DNA from: a virus
Lineage: Duplodnaviria > Caudoviricetes
Direction: 5' to 3' (one strand)
Length of the DNA: 32,132 nucleotides
IMG/VR virus record: IMGVR_UViG_3300037423_000290
Location: 1-32,132 of that record
Below the pieces are notes generated by a model that searched no databases, was not told the origin of the DNA, and was given only the letters and a program-made list of their open reading frames with translations. This document shows, piece by piece, positions 1 to 7,079 of this stretch. The number at the start of each line of letters is the position of its first letter. Within the stretch, counting starts at the first letter, position 1. The position numbers and the translations under genes were made by a program.

Positions 1-2
1 AG

Positions 3-191
3 CGAGATGCGGAGCGTTATCGCTGGCTGCGGAACAAGCCAAAGAGTCAATTGACGGATGAGCATGGCATCCAGTTTAGTTTCGCAGTAGCAGAGCCAAA
101 GCCAAACAATTGGCGGGTTCATAGCAAGCGCGGTGCCGATATGGATTCCGCTATCGACGCCACTCTCTCTGCATCCAAGGATCAAGCATGA
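3..191 (+). CDS. 5'-truncated phage early-left protein (Ead/Ea22-like RDAERYRWLR motif)
   Basis: Frame 3 reads RDAERYRWLRNKPK...DMDSAIDATLSASKDQA*. Its TGA overlaps the next ATG (ATGA 188-191). Not in the ORF track. Confidence 0.7.
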   Translation, partial: RDAERYRWLRNKPKSQLTDEHGIQFSFAVAEPKPNNWRVHSKRGADMDSAIDATLSASKDQA

Positions 192-451
192 GCGATACAT
201 TGAAACCGTTTTTCGTTGAATACACAGTTACGGCCGTTGTACTGGCAGAAGACGAGGGGCACGCTTGGACGGTTGCCCGATCTGAGCAGCGCGACGTTTT
301 TGGGGATGCCTACAACAATGAGATTTTCGTCCGTGGCGAAGTGACCAGCGAAGCCGACATGGAGGACGGATGGGATTTGGAGTGCGTTCCATATGGTGGC
401 GATGGCAATACTCGGATCGGCGACATTCTCAAAAAGTCGCACGCGGCATGA
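188..451 (+). CDS. hypothetical acidic phage protein (87 aa)
   Basis: ATGA-coupled to the upstream gene; co-oriented with xis/int. Confidence 0.75.
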   Translation: MSDTLKPFFVEYTVTAVVLAEDEGHAWTVARSEQRDVFGDAYNNEIFVRGEVTSEADMEDGWDLECVPYGGDGNTRIGDILKKSHAA

Positions 452-462
452 ATAGGAGGTAA

Positions 463-651
463 ATGAAAATGTCAGCAGTAATGCAAACCCGTTGGGTATC
501 GTTGAAAGAATGGGCGGAAACCAATTACAGCAAGGTTCCGCATATCAGCACCCTGCTTCGCTGGGTCAATGAGGGTCGAATTCAGCCGCAGCCGATGAAG
601 CACGGCAAAAGCTGGATGGTGCGCCCGCATGCCGAGTACAAGGGCGACTGA
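463..651 (+). CDS. xis: excisionase (lambda Xis-like)
   Basis: VSLKEWAE...TLLRWVNEGRIQPQPMKHGKSWMV winged-helix pattern; AGGAGG RBS; stop overlaps the int start. Confidence 0.9.
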   Translation: MKMSAVMQTRWVSLKEWAETNYSKVPHISTLLRWVNEGRIQPQPMKHGKSWMVRPHAEYKGD

Positions 652-1748
652 TGAACGCACCGCGCAGCGCCAAGCGGAAGGGCTTCCCGCCGAACCTGTA
701 CCAAAAGCCTGACGGATACTTCTACTATCGGAACCCGCAGAGCGGGAAAACCAAGGGAATCGGCCGGGACAAGGCCGAGGCGTTCAGGGAGGCACGAGCC
801 GCGAATGCCGTACTCGCCACCATGTCGAAGTCGTCGCTAGTGGCATGGGTTTCCGGCGTCGAGCAATATACGGTCGAGAAGTGGCTGGACCGGTACATTG
901 AGCTATGGACCGAGAAGAAGAAGCCAGCCGCCGGCACGCTAGCCACGGCCAAACGCTACATTGCGCGCATCAAGAAGGCCGACTTCGCCTGGATGGCCGT
1001 CAAGGATGTGACGACGCAGCATATCTCGGATTACCTAAATAAGCTGGAGCGAGAGAGCACGGCCAGCGTGGCGATGAACTTGCGGGCACGTCTGCATGAC
1101 GCGTTCGAGTGGGCGCAGAACCAAGGCTTGACCGAAACGGGGAAGAATCCTGTAAGCGCAACCCTTGTGCCCGACTACAAGGTAAAGCGTGAGCGTCTGA
1201 GCCTGGAGCAGTTCCTTGCGATCCGCGAGAAGGTGCCGGAGTGGGCGGCCAACGCAATGAACCTTGCCCTGTTAACCGGGCAGCGACGGGAAGATATTGT
1301 AAACATGCAATTTTCCGACTATAAAGAAGGCTCGCTGTTCGTGGTCCAAGGGAAGACCGGCCATAAGCTGCAGCAGGACGGCCGCATTCGACTATCTGCG
1401 GTCGGCATGTCGATTGAGGATGCCGTCAAGCAATGCCGCGACCGCATCGTAAGCCGCTATATGATTCACCACACTCGCACCAGCGGAGTGTACAAGGCCG
1501 GCGAGCAAGTCAGCGCCGACGGGCTGTCCGGAGTGTTTTCAGCAGCGCGCGATGCATGCGGCATATCGGCAGAGGAAGGCAAGACGCCGCCAACGTTTCA
1601 CGAGATCCGCAGCTTGGCGGAAAGGCTTTACAAAAAGGAATACGGGCAGGAGTTTGCGCAGGCAATCATGGGCCATAAACATGCCAAGATGACTGCCGAA
1701 TATGACGACTTGCGCGGCTCTGGATGGGCTGTTGTATCGGTCAAATAG
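651..1748 (+). CDS. int: tyrosine integrase, lambda Int family
   Basis: N-terminal arm-binding domain (PPNLY...YFYYRNP..GK); catalytic motifs LTGQRREDI, QGKTG, FHEIRSL, MGHK, EYD. Confidence 0.96.
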   Translation: MNAPRSAKRKGFPPNLYQKPDGYFYYRNPQSGKTKGIGRDKAEAFREARAANAVLATMSKSSLVAWVSGVEQYTVEKWLDRYIELWTEKKKPAAGTLATAKRYIARIKKADFAWMAVKDVTTQHISDYLNKLERESTASVAMNLRARLHDAFEWAQNQGLTETGKNPVSATLVPDYKVKRERLSLEQFLAIREKVPEWAANAMNLALLTGQRREDIVNMQFSDYKEGSLFVVQGKTGHKLQQDGRIRLSAVGMSIEDAVKQCRDRIVSRYMIHHTRTSGVYKAGEQVSADGLSGVFSAARDACGISAEEGKTPPTFHEIRSLAERLYKKEYGQEFAQAIMGHKHAKMTAEYDDLRGSGWAVVSVK

Positions 1749-1756
1749 TTGTTTGC

Positions 1757-1980
1757 GTTTTATACGCTTTCTATACGAGTTTTAGAAAACGGGCCGCAAA
1801 CCCGCTTGATTGTTGGCACTACGGTATTTGCCATACTAATGCCCTGTTGGAACACTTTAAGTTATTGATTCTAAACATATTTTAGGCATTTAGTTGCATA
1901 AAGATTACTGGATGTTTACACAGATATTCCACGCATTTCCGCGCTTATAAATCAAATACTTAGCAGCGGGTTTTATACGA
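1757..1980. other. attP attachment site (lambda-type architecture)
   Basis: AT-rich gap after int. Arm-type repeats at 11-bp period: TTTTATACG 1758, TTCTATACG 1769, TTTTAGAAA 1780, plus TTTTATACG 1971. Exact IHF consensus WATCAANNNNTTR at 1858-1870 (-) and 1950-1962 (+). Imperfect inverted repeat at about 1815-1843 is the candidate core. Confidence 0.8.
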
Positions 1981-2010
1981 TTAATCGGGGATTCTAACAG
2001 GGAGGAAGAA

Positions 2011-2448
2011 ATGACAGACGAACAGATATTGCAGTTGGCAGATCAGACAGGGTTCTTCTTTGACCCCGATCTCGGCCACGCCGCAGCGTGCGCGCGTACC
2101 CTTGCATTCGCCCGCGCCATCCTGCAAGCCGCCAGCGCCGCGCCGCCGATAACGGATGCACTTGATCTCCCATCGGTTTTAGCCAGGACCGTATTGACTT
2201 ATGGTATGTCGGTGCTCAATACCGGAACAGGAGAAGTGTTTTCGCCAGCGGACATCTATAAGCAACCGGAAGCAAATCGTTCATCTGTTGCGCCGGTTGC
2301 GCCTGAAGGATGGAAACTGGTTCCGGTTGAGCCGACTGATGATCAACTACAGGCGATGGATGGCATAAATAATGATCTTCCTGCAGATGAGGTACGGGCA
2401 ATCTACAGGGCTATGGTAGAGGCCGCTCCCCACCAACTGAAAGACTGA
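2011..2448 (+). CDS. hypothetical phage protein with Eaa/DUF551-like C-terminal motif
   Basis: GGAGGA RBS; PEGWKLVPVEPT...AM...YRAMVEAAP motif common in lambdoid ea-region proteins. Confidence 0.75.
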   Translation: MTDEQILQLADQTGFFFDPDLGHAAACARTLAFARAILQAASAAPPITDALDLPSVLARTVLTYGMSVLNTGTGEVFSPADIYKQPEANRSSVAPVAPEGWKLVPVEPTDDQLQAMDGINNDLPADEVRAIYRAMVEAAPHQLKD

Positions 2449-2449
2449 G

Positions 2450-2674
2450 ATGAGCAGAGAGATCGTACCAATATTGAATCGCGGCAAAATTGATGTTTGC
2501 GCGTGCATGGGGCCGGTGTGCGGCGAGCCGTACTGCCCCTGCGAAATGGAGCGGCGCGGGCTTCTTCCATCTGCGGAGCGTATTGCATCAGATGAGCAAG
2601 CCAAACGCAGCCTGAAGGCGCTTTTTGGTCCCGGCGGGGGATTTCACGTCCCTACTCCGACGACTGAAACTTAG
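2450..2674 (+). CDS. small Cys-rich hypothetical protein
   Basis: Starts 1 nt after the upstream stop; CACMGP.CGEPYCPC cluster. Confidence 0.7.
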   Translation: MSREIVPILNRGKIDVCACMGPVCGEPYCPCEMERRGLLPSAERIASDEQAKRSLKALFGPGGGFHVPTPTTET

Positions 2675-2824
2675 CCATTGAATTGCGCAGCGGATCTCCC
2701 ATTCGGTATCGCCATAACGCTCCGCAGCGGTGGACTCGCTCATTTTGTAGCGCGAGTTCTGCCACTTGCCACGGATCTTGTCTCGGTAGCGGATCGTGTA
2801 GTGATATTCGATGCGGGATTCCAT
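2588..2824 (-). CDS. small hypothetical protein (MESRIEYHYTIRYRD...)
   Basis: ATG at 2824 with a protein-like N-terminal half; the 3' end overlaps the convergent ORF 2450-2674. Confidence 0.45.
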   Translation of the reverse strand: MESRIEYHYTIRYRDKIRGKWQNSRYKMSESTAAERYGDTEWEIRCAIQWLSFSRRSRDVKSPAGTKKRLQAAFGLLI

Positions 2825-2859
2825 GGCTGTATACTGTAGCAAATAACCAAGGAGCGGGG

Positions 2860-3108
2860 ATGCTTACAAACGAATTTCCGGGAGCCTGGCATTCGGATGA
2901 CTACATAAAAGCGTGGGCCGCGGCTCGCGGCGGCGATCGAATGCCGATCTACGAGGTCGAGTTGCGAACTATGAGCCGAGAAGAGCTCTCAATCGCAAGG
3001 ATATATTTCGGCAGCTATGGGCAGCCGGTAGTGCGCATGAATCCCGCCACAGGACAGCAAATCATGCCTGATGGTGGGTTTCTGGCTTATAGCTGCAAGA
3101 GCGTATAA
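2860..3108 (+). CDS. hypothetical protein (82 aa)
   Basis: AAGGAG RBS before ATG 2860; start corrected from the track's 2683. Confidence 0.65.
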   Translation: MLTNEFPGAWHSDDYIKAWAAARGGDRMPIYEVELRTMSREELSIARIYFGSYGQPVVRMNPATGQQIMPDGGFLAYSCKSV

Positions 3109-3222
3109 CCGCCTCCAGCCAGCATTGATACATGCCGGCCATAACTCGGCCGCCTATCAAAAATATGCAAAAACCGCATATTTTTGTTTTTGCCATAGCA
3201 TGCCGATAGCGTAGGCGCTCAT
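3106..3222. repeat. direct repeat copy A (interrupted by a ~53-bp insert)
   Basis: TAACcgCCTCCAGCCAGCAttgATACATGCC...TGCCAtAGCAtGcCGATAGCgTAGGCGCTCAT matches 3582-3644. Confidence 0.85.
3158..3191. other. perfect 11-7-11 inverted repeat (terminator or recombinase/protein-binding site)
   Basis: CAAAAATATGC-AAAAACC-GCATATTTTTG followed by TTTTT. Confidence 0.6.
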
Positions 3223-3329
3223 TTGAGTGTCCTCATGATCTGCCGCTTGATCGACACGCCGAATACGGACGGCGGATAGCTTGCGGCGCTAAGATAGTTT
3301 AAGATACGCAAAATTTTTTGGAGTGGATA

Positions 3330-3584
3330 ATGACGACCCCGATTGCATGGATGGTTCGCGAAACAAACAGCGGCAACGTGCTTGGTTTTTATGACAACGA
3401 ACACGATGCGGGTCAAAGCGGGCTGTCTTTCGATGGCGAAGTCATCCCTCTCGGCACAACTCCGCAGCCAGCCGGGCCTATCGCATGGATGAAGCTGGAC
3501 ACACGCCCGGACGCTTGGGACAAGTTCAATTTCAGCACTGACAAGCAATCAGGATTCGAGACGGCGCTCTACGCTGCGCTTTAA
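3330..3584 (+). CDS. hypothetical phage protein with two PIAWM...PL/ALY modules
   Basis: GGAG RBS and ATG 3330; internal duplication of the PVAW...PLY-type motif found in ea-region proteins. Confidence 0.7.
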   Translation: MTTPIAWMVRETNSGNVLGFYDNEHDAGQSGLSFDGEVIPLGTTPQPAGPIAWMKLDTRPDAWDKFNFSTDKQSGFETALYAAL

Positions 3585-3644
3585 CTCCTCCAGCCAGCAG
3601 TTATACATGCCCTGCCAAAGCAAGGCGATAGCATAGGCGCTCAT
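3549..3644 (-). CDS. 31-aa micro-ORF MSAYAIALLWQGMYNCWLEELKRSVERRLES
   Basis: ATGA-coupled to the phosphoesterase stop; paralogous interrupted copy starts at 3222. Confidence 0.5.
   Translation of the reverse strand: MSAYAIALLWQGMYNCWLEELKRSVERRLES
3582..3644. repeat. direct repeat copy B
   Basis: About 63-bp uninterrupted version of 3106-3222. Confidence 0.85.
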
Positions 3645-4402
3645 GCGTATTTCTCCTTGATGTAATGTAGCGGGACAAACATCTCATCAAAGCTGCCATC
3701 CTTGACGTTATGGAGCATGACGACGCCATGCCAGTGCTGGTTTCCCTGCGGGCCAAGATAACTTTCATCGTGCTCGTAGCAAGATCCGGCTATGATGGCT
3801 GTAATCTGCTTGCCGTCTGCCTTGACCGCGGTTGCCGACTGTCTGCCCTGCTGGTGACCGGCTATGCATGACATATGTTTCTTGTTCAGCATGGCTTGAG
3901 CTGACGAAGCCGGCCGCCCCATCGCGCCCGTGGTGAAATAGTGCGAAAACGCCACTCCTTCAATCACGACCACTTCAAGGAATGGATAGACTTCCCATCC
4001 ATACTCACGGTATTTAAGATCATCGATTCCGATCGTTCCGTCAAGTAGAGGCTCGTCATTGATAGCGCGGTCGATCCTGTGTTCATGGTTGCCGAGCGTG
4101 AGGACCATCCTGGGCTTATAGCAGCGCTTCTTGTTCCGCAACTGCATGAAGTTGTATTCACGGATCGGGCCGAGTAGCGCTTCCATGCCGGCATGTGCAG
4201 CCTGGATGTCTGCTCGGTAGCGACGCCCTTCGAAGGATTTCTTCCCTTTGTCGTAGCTGGACAGGCTTTCCATGTCCGCAAAATCTCCAGCATGCACGAT
4301 CACATCCGGGCGCTTGTCCATGATGTAGAGGCCGATTTGACGCAGGAAGGTGACGTCCTGATTGGGCTTTACCTGAGAATCAGGGATAAAGAGGATCTTC
4401 AT
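3641..4402 (-). CDS. calcineurin-like metallophosphoesterase
   Basis: IPDSQ, GDFAD, GNHE, FSH and GHQQ motifs; start at MKILFIPD (4402). Confidence 0.9.
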   Translation of the reverse strand: MKILFIPDSQVKPNQDVTFLRQIGLYIMDKRPDVIVHAGDFADMESLSSYDKGKKSFEGRRYRADIQAAHAGMEALLGPIREYNFMQLRNKKRCYKPRMVLTLGNHEHRIDRAINDEPLLDGTIGIDDLKYREYGWEVYPFLEVVVIEGVAFSHYFTTGAMGRPASSAQAMLNKKHMSCIAGHQQGRQSATAVKADGKQITAIIAGSCYEHDESYLGPQGNQHWHGVVMLHNVKDGSFDEMFVPLHYIKEKYA

Positions 4403-4587
4403 CAGTTCCCTCCGCGCGTAAACTCGCCGCAAAAGTCAGTGTCATCCACAGTCGGGAAGTCCGATGTAGAGCCGTCCGGCGACATGATCCAGATCGGCGG
4501 GAATCGGTGGCAGCGGCCGAACTCCTCGCCCTGCTCCGCACGGTAGAAGGCGCAGTTCTCGCATCTCATTACGCAATCGTCGCTCAT
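4402..4587 (-). CDS. small Cys-rich phage protein
   Basis: CENCAFY...GRCHRFPP...FP.V...DFCGEF; coupled to both neighbours. Confidence 0.75.
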   Translation of the reverse strand: MSDDCVMRCENCAFYRAEQGEEFGRCHRFPPIWIMSPDGSTSDFPTVDDTDFCGEFTRGGN

Positions 4588-4802
4588 ATCACCTCCGGCT
4601 TGCCCATGCGTTTCAGCGCCTCTTCTTCGGCCTGGAAGTCATCGCGGCAGTCGGGCCCGCAGAAGCGCAGCCCATCGGCCACCTCTTCATCGCAGAAATG
4701 GCATTGGCCACGAGGCATCAGAGCCGGCGCGGATCTGGCTTGCCTTATGCCCATCTCGACAGTTGCTTCTATCAGTGGCGCGGCAATATCGGCTTCGTCC
4801 AT
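4584..4802 (-). CDS. TraR/DksA-like C4 zinc-ribbon protein
   Basis: N-terminal MDEADIA (DxxDxA), then CHFC...FCGPDC. Confidence 0.7.
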   Translation of the reverse strand: MDEADIAAPLIEATVEMGIRQARSAPALMPRGQCHFCDEEVADGLRFCGPDCRDDFQAEEEALKRMGKPEVI

Positions 4803-4816
4803 GATTCCCCCCCCCC

Positions 4817-5236
4817 TTATTTAGATGCACCCTTGACCTTTTCCCACGAGCGCCCGAGTACGTAGCCAGTCATGACCACGCCGAATAGTTGCAGGATCTC
4901 GTCTGGAATCGCTGATAGCCACGCCTTGAACCCGACAGTGAAAGCCGCCGCTGCATCAGGCCGGAATATGCTCAGGATTCCCATCGGGATAGACCAAAGC
5001 AGGAGGACATACACGACATAGAGGAATGTCGGCCGAGCGCGGGAGGTCCACGGATCGGCGCTTTGTGAGTCGGAAATGATCGCGGACATCTGCGTCTTCA
5101 TCTCCTCCAACTGGCCGGTCTGCTGCAGGCGATACAACTCCAGTTTTGCCGCATCTGCCGCTTGCTTATCTGGCCATACCTTGTCGATTACCTTGCCGCC
5201 AATGTCGAGAACCGCTGTTACAGGATCGAGTGCCAT
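4817..5236 (-). CDS. holin-like protein (GTA/3TM holin family)
   Basis: IGGKVIDKVWPD...D.WTSRARP followed by hydrophobic helices and GY..GRSWEK; start corrected to ATG 5236. Confidence 0.85.
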   Translation of the reverse strand: MALDPVTAVLDIGGKVIDKVWPDKQAADAAKLELYRLQQTGQLEEMKTQMSAIISDSQSADPWTSRARPTFLYVVYVLLLWSIPMGILSIFRPDAAAAFTVGFKAWLSAIPDEILQLFGVVMTGYVLGRSWEKVKGASK

Positions 5237-5238
5237 GG

Positions 5239-5649
5239 TTATCCTTTCTCCATCATTTCGGCCAATCGCTTCGCCCGATCGCCAACCTGACCAGCCCACT
5301 TCGACGCCAGCATGCCCGCCGCTGCCGCCTTGTAATCGCCCGCCTTCATCGAAGCCAGCGTGTTTTTGAACCCAAGCAGGCCGATGATCCCTAGGTTGAA
5401 CGCCATGTTTGCCAGAACACGCTGCCGAGCGTCAGACATGCCGCGCCACCATGGCAATTGCGCGTCCAGCTGCGCCTCCACCTTGTCGATGTCGGCACCG
5501 AGCAGCATCATTGCCTCGCTCTTTGTGATACCAACATCGTCAAGGTTTCGCCCTACTCCGATCGTTGTCTTGCCTACCGTGTCTTTGTAGGGCTTCAGGA
5601 CCATGCCCTCGTCGGCAATGAGCTGGTTTGCTAGTGCGTCGCGGTTCAT
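5239..5649 (-). CDS. endolysin, GH24/T4-lysozyme-like muramidase
   Basis: DEG...PYKDT.GK.TIGVGRNL, NMAFNLG, S.WA.QV..RA.RL; likely start MNRD at 5649 (ATGA overlap). Confidence 0.93.
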   Translation of the reverse strand: MNRDALANQLIADEGMVLKPYKDTVGKTTIGVGRNLDDVGITKSEAMMLLGADIDKVEAQLDAQLPWWRGMSDARQRVLANMAFNLGIIGLLGFKNTLASMKAGDYKAAAAGMLASKWAGQVGDRAKRLAEMMEKG

Positions 5650-5816
5650 TTGTGCCATCCGTTATTGGTCAAAATCCAGTAAGTCAGCGCTGCCAGGCCA
5701 GCAGAGCAAATGCCGCCGAGCGTCCACCGTCCGAGTGCTGCAAATTGCTTATCAAGCCACTCGCTGATTGCTTCCTTGAGGATTTCCTTCTGTACGTCCT
5801 TGTCGAATTGGGGCAT
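5646..5816 (-). CDS. 56-aa single-TM protein, putative holin/antiholin
   Basis: MPQFDKDVQKEILKEAISEWLDKQFAALGRWTLGGICSAGLAALTYWILTNNGWHK*; coupled to the endolysin; below the track's length cutoff. Confidence 0.75.
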   Translation of the reverse strand: MPQFDKDVQKEILKEAISEWLDKQFAALGRWTLGGICSAGLAALTYWILTNNGWHK

Positions 5817-5846
5817 GTCGGGCCTTTTTGTTGGTTGGGGATTGGT

Positions 5847-6707
5847 CTAGCAGCCGAACACGGTGTAGTAGAACGCGATGCCGACTGCGGCGCCCGTTGA
5901 GCTATTGTTCGTCACGACTGTTGCGCCTGTTTTCGACAGCCCCGTCACCGCATGCGAAACAGTGGTTCCGCTCTGCGGTGAGCAGGCAATCGAGCGCGCG
6001 GCATTTGGGAACTCAATCGGGAAGGTGACCGGCGTGCCGCCGACGCCCGAGCCCCACTGGATGATTAGCCCGCCAGGGAACTTCTGATAGCCCGGCGCCC
6101 CTAAATTGTTATCCCCCATCAGATCGGTGACGAACTTCGGCGGCAGCGCATTCGGATCGGCAGTAATCAGCGACAGATTGACGGCAGACAGGCCGGAATC
6201 GAGCACTTGAGCTCCGTCCATGTCCATCGTGACGGTGGTCAGCGTCGTATACGCGGTCGCCGTGATCGTGCCGTAGACCGTGCCGGCCGAGGTCGTGAAT
6301 TGCAGACGGCGCCCAATGTGGAACGCTGAAGTCTGATCGCCCGGAACAGTGAAGGATGACGCACTTACATAAGTCGGCGTGACGCCGGATGCTTGCCACT
6401 GGCTAATGGTCACATTGGCATCGTTGACGCCGGAGATGTTGTCGAACGTGGCTTTCGTGACGCCATCCGCATCCTTGAGGATGAACTTATACGACTTGCC
6501 ATCCGCCAGCCAGATCGGGCCATCATCAGGCAGGCCAAGCGCGTTCAGCGTGATCGGGTTCGCCTGCGGAATCGTGCCGGCAGCATCGCTATAGGTTGCG
6601 AGTGCAGAGCTGGAGCCTGCCGTATAGGTGTAAATCTGCCAGCCCGTAGCCGGATTGCCGTTTTCGTCAAAGACTTGCGCATTCAGCGCCGGGGAGTATT
6701 TCGCCAC
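5847..6707 (-). CDS. tail fibre/receptor-binding protein with gp53-like C-terminal domain
   Basis: N-terminal virion-anchor-like FDENGNP...TYSD...NPITLNALG; C-terminal GYQKFPGGLIIQWG...VTFPIEFPN. Confidence 0.85.
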   Translation of the reverse strand: MAKYSPALNAQVFDENGNPATGWQIYTYTAGSSSALATYSDAAGTIPQANPITLNALGLPDDGPIWLADGKSYKFILKDADGVTKATFDNISGVNDANVTISQWQASGVTPTYVSASSFTVPGDQTSAFHIGRRLQFTTSAGTVYGTITATAYTTLTTVTMDMDGAQVLDSGLSAVNLSLITADPNALPPKFVTDLMGDNNLGAPGYQKFPGGLIIQWGSGVGGTPVTFPIEFPNAARSIACSPQSGTTVSHAVTGLSKTGATVVTNNSSTGAAVGIAFYYTVFGC

Positions 6708-6716
6708 ATTGGCTCC

Positions 6717-7079
6717 TTAGTTCTGCAGAACGATGATTCGATAGAGGATGGACGGAGGATCGATTGATGCTCCGGTGAAGTTCTTCGCGTAGACGGTTAC
6801 CACGTTGTCGGCTGTCACGACGCCGCGGAAGAAGACGCCGGCCACGTTTGATGCTGGCGTCACAATGACGGCATCCCCACTGCGGCAGCCCTTGATGGTC
6901 ACCGTCAGACCTTGCTCGGACTGCGCCGCGATTGAGGGGAAATTGAGCGTTGCAGTTGTATTGGATGCTTTCTTCCACGGCAGGCATGCAAACACCTCAA
7001 GGAGCCATGCCAGCCAGTTTCGCGACGGGATGCCAGTTGGCTCAGTCAAGCTTTCGTTGATGGGAGGAGCTTTATTCAT
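6717..7079 (-). CDS. small tail-associated protein (gp26/needle position)
   Basis: Directly follows the gp10-like gene; PP...G...W..W N-terminus and beta-rich C-terminus; start MNKAPP. Confidence 0.65.
   Translation of the reverse strand: MNKAPPINESLTEPTGIPSRNWLAWLLEVFACLPWKKASNTTATLNFPSIAAQSEQGLTVTIKGCRSGDAVIVTPASNVAGVFFRGVVTADNVVTVYAKNFTGASIDPPSILYRIIVLQN

Noticed and set aside
1800-1870. tRNA/tmRNA fragment, or a host gene piece (reads MANT.. on - or HYGICHTNA on +), at the att core
   Set aside because: No T-loop/CCA pattern, and the peptide resemblances are too short to support without a search.
2826-2852. LexA/SOS box between divergent small ORFs
   Set aside because: TACTGTAGCAAATAACCAAG has only the left half-site; it does not fit CTGT-N8-ACAG.
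3219-3548. 109-aa minus-strand ORF as a full gene
   Set aside because: Mostly antisense to the better-supported 3330-3584 ORF; only its last ~30 codons may be a gene remnant.
3106-3644. Integron attC interpretation of the repeats (TAAC at gene stops)
   Set aside because: No GTTRRRY R' box, no end-to-end palindrome, and Int is lambda-type rather than IntI.
5847-6100. Diversity-generating retroelement or invertible tail-fibre cassette
   Set aside because: No reverse transcriptase, invertase or second copy of the fibre 3' end is visible in the window.
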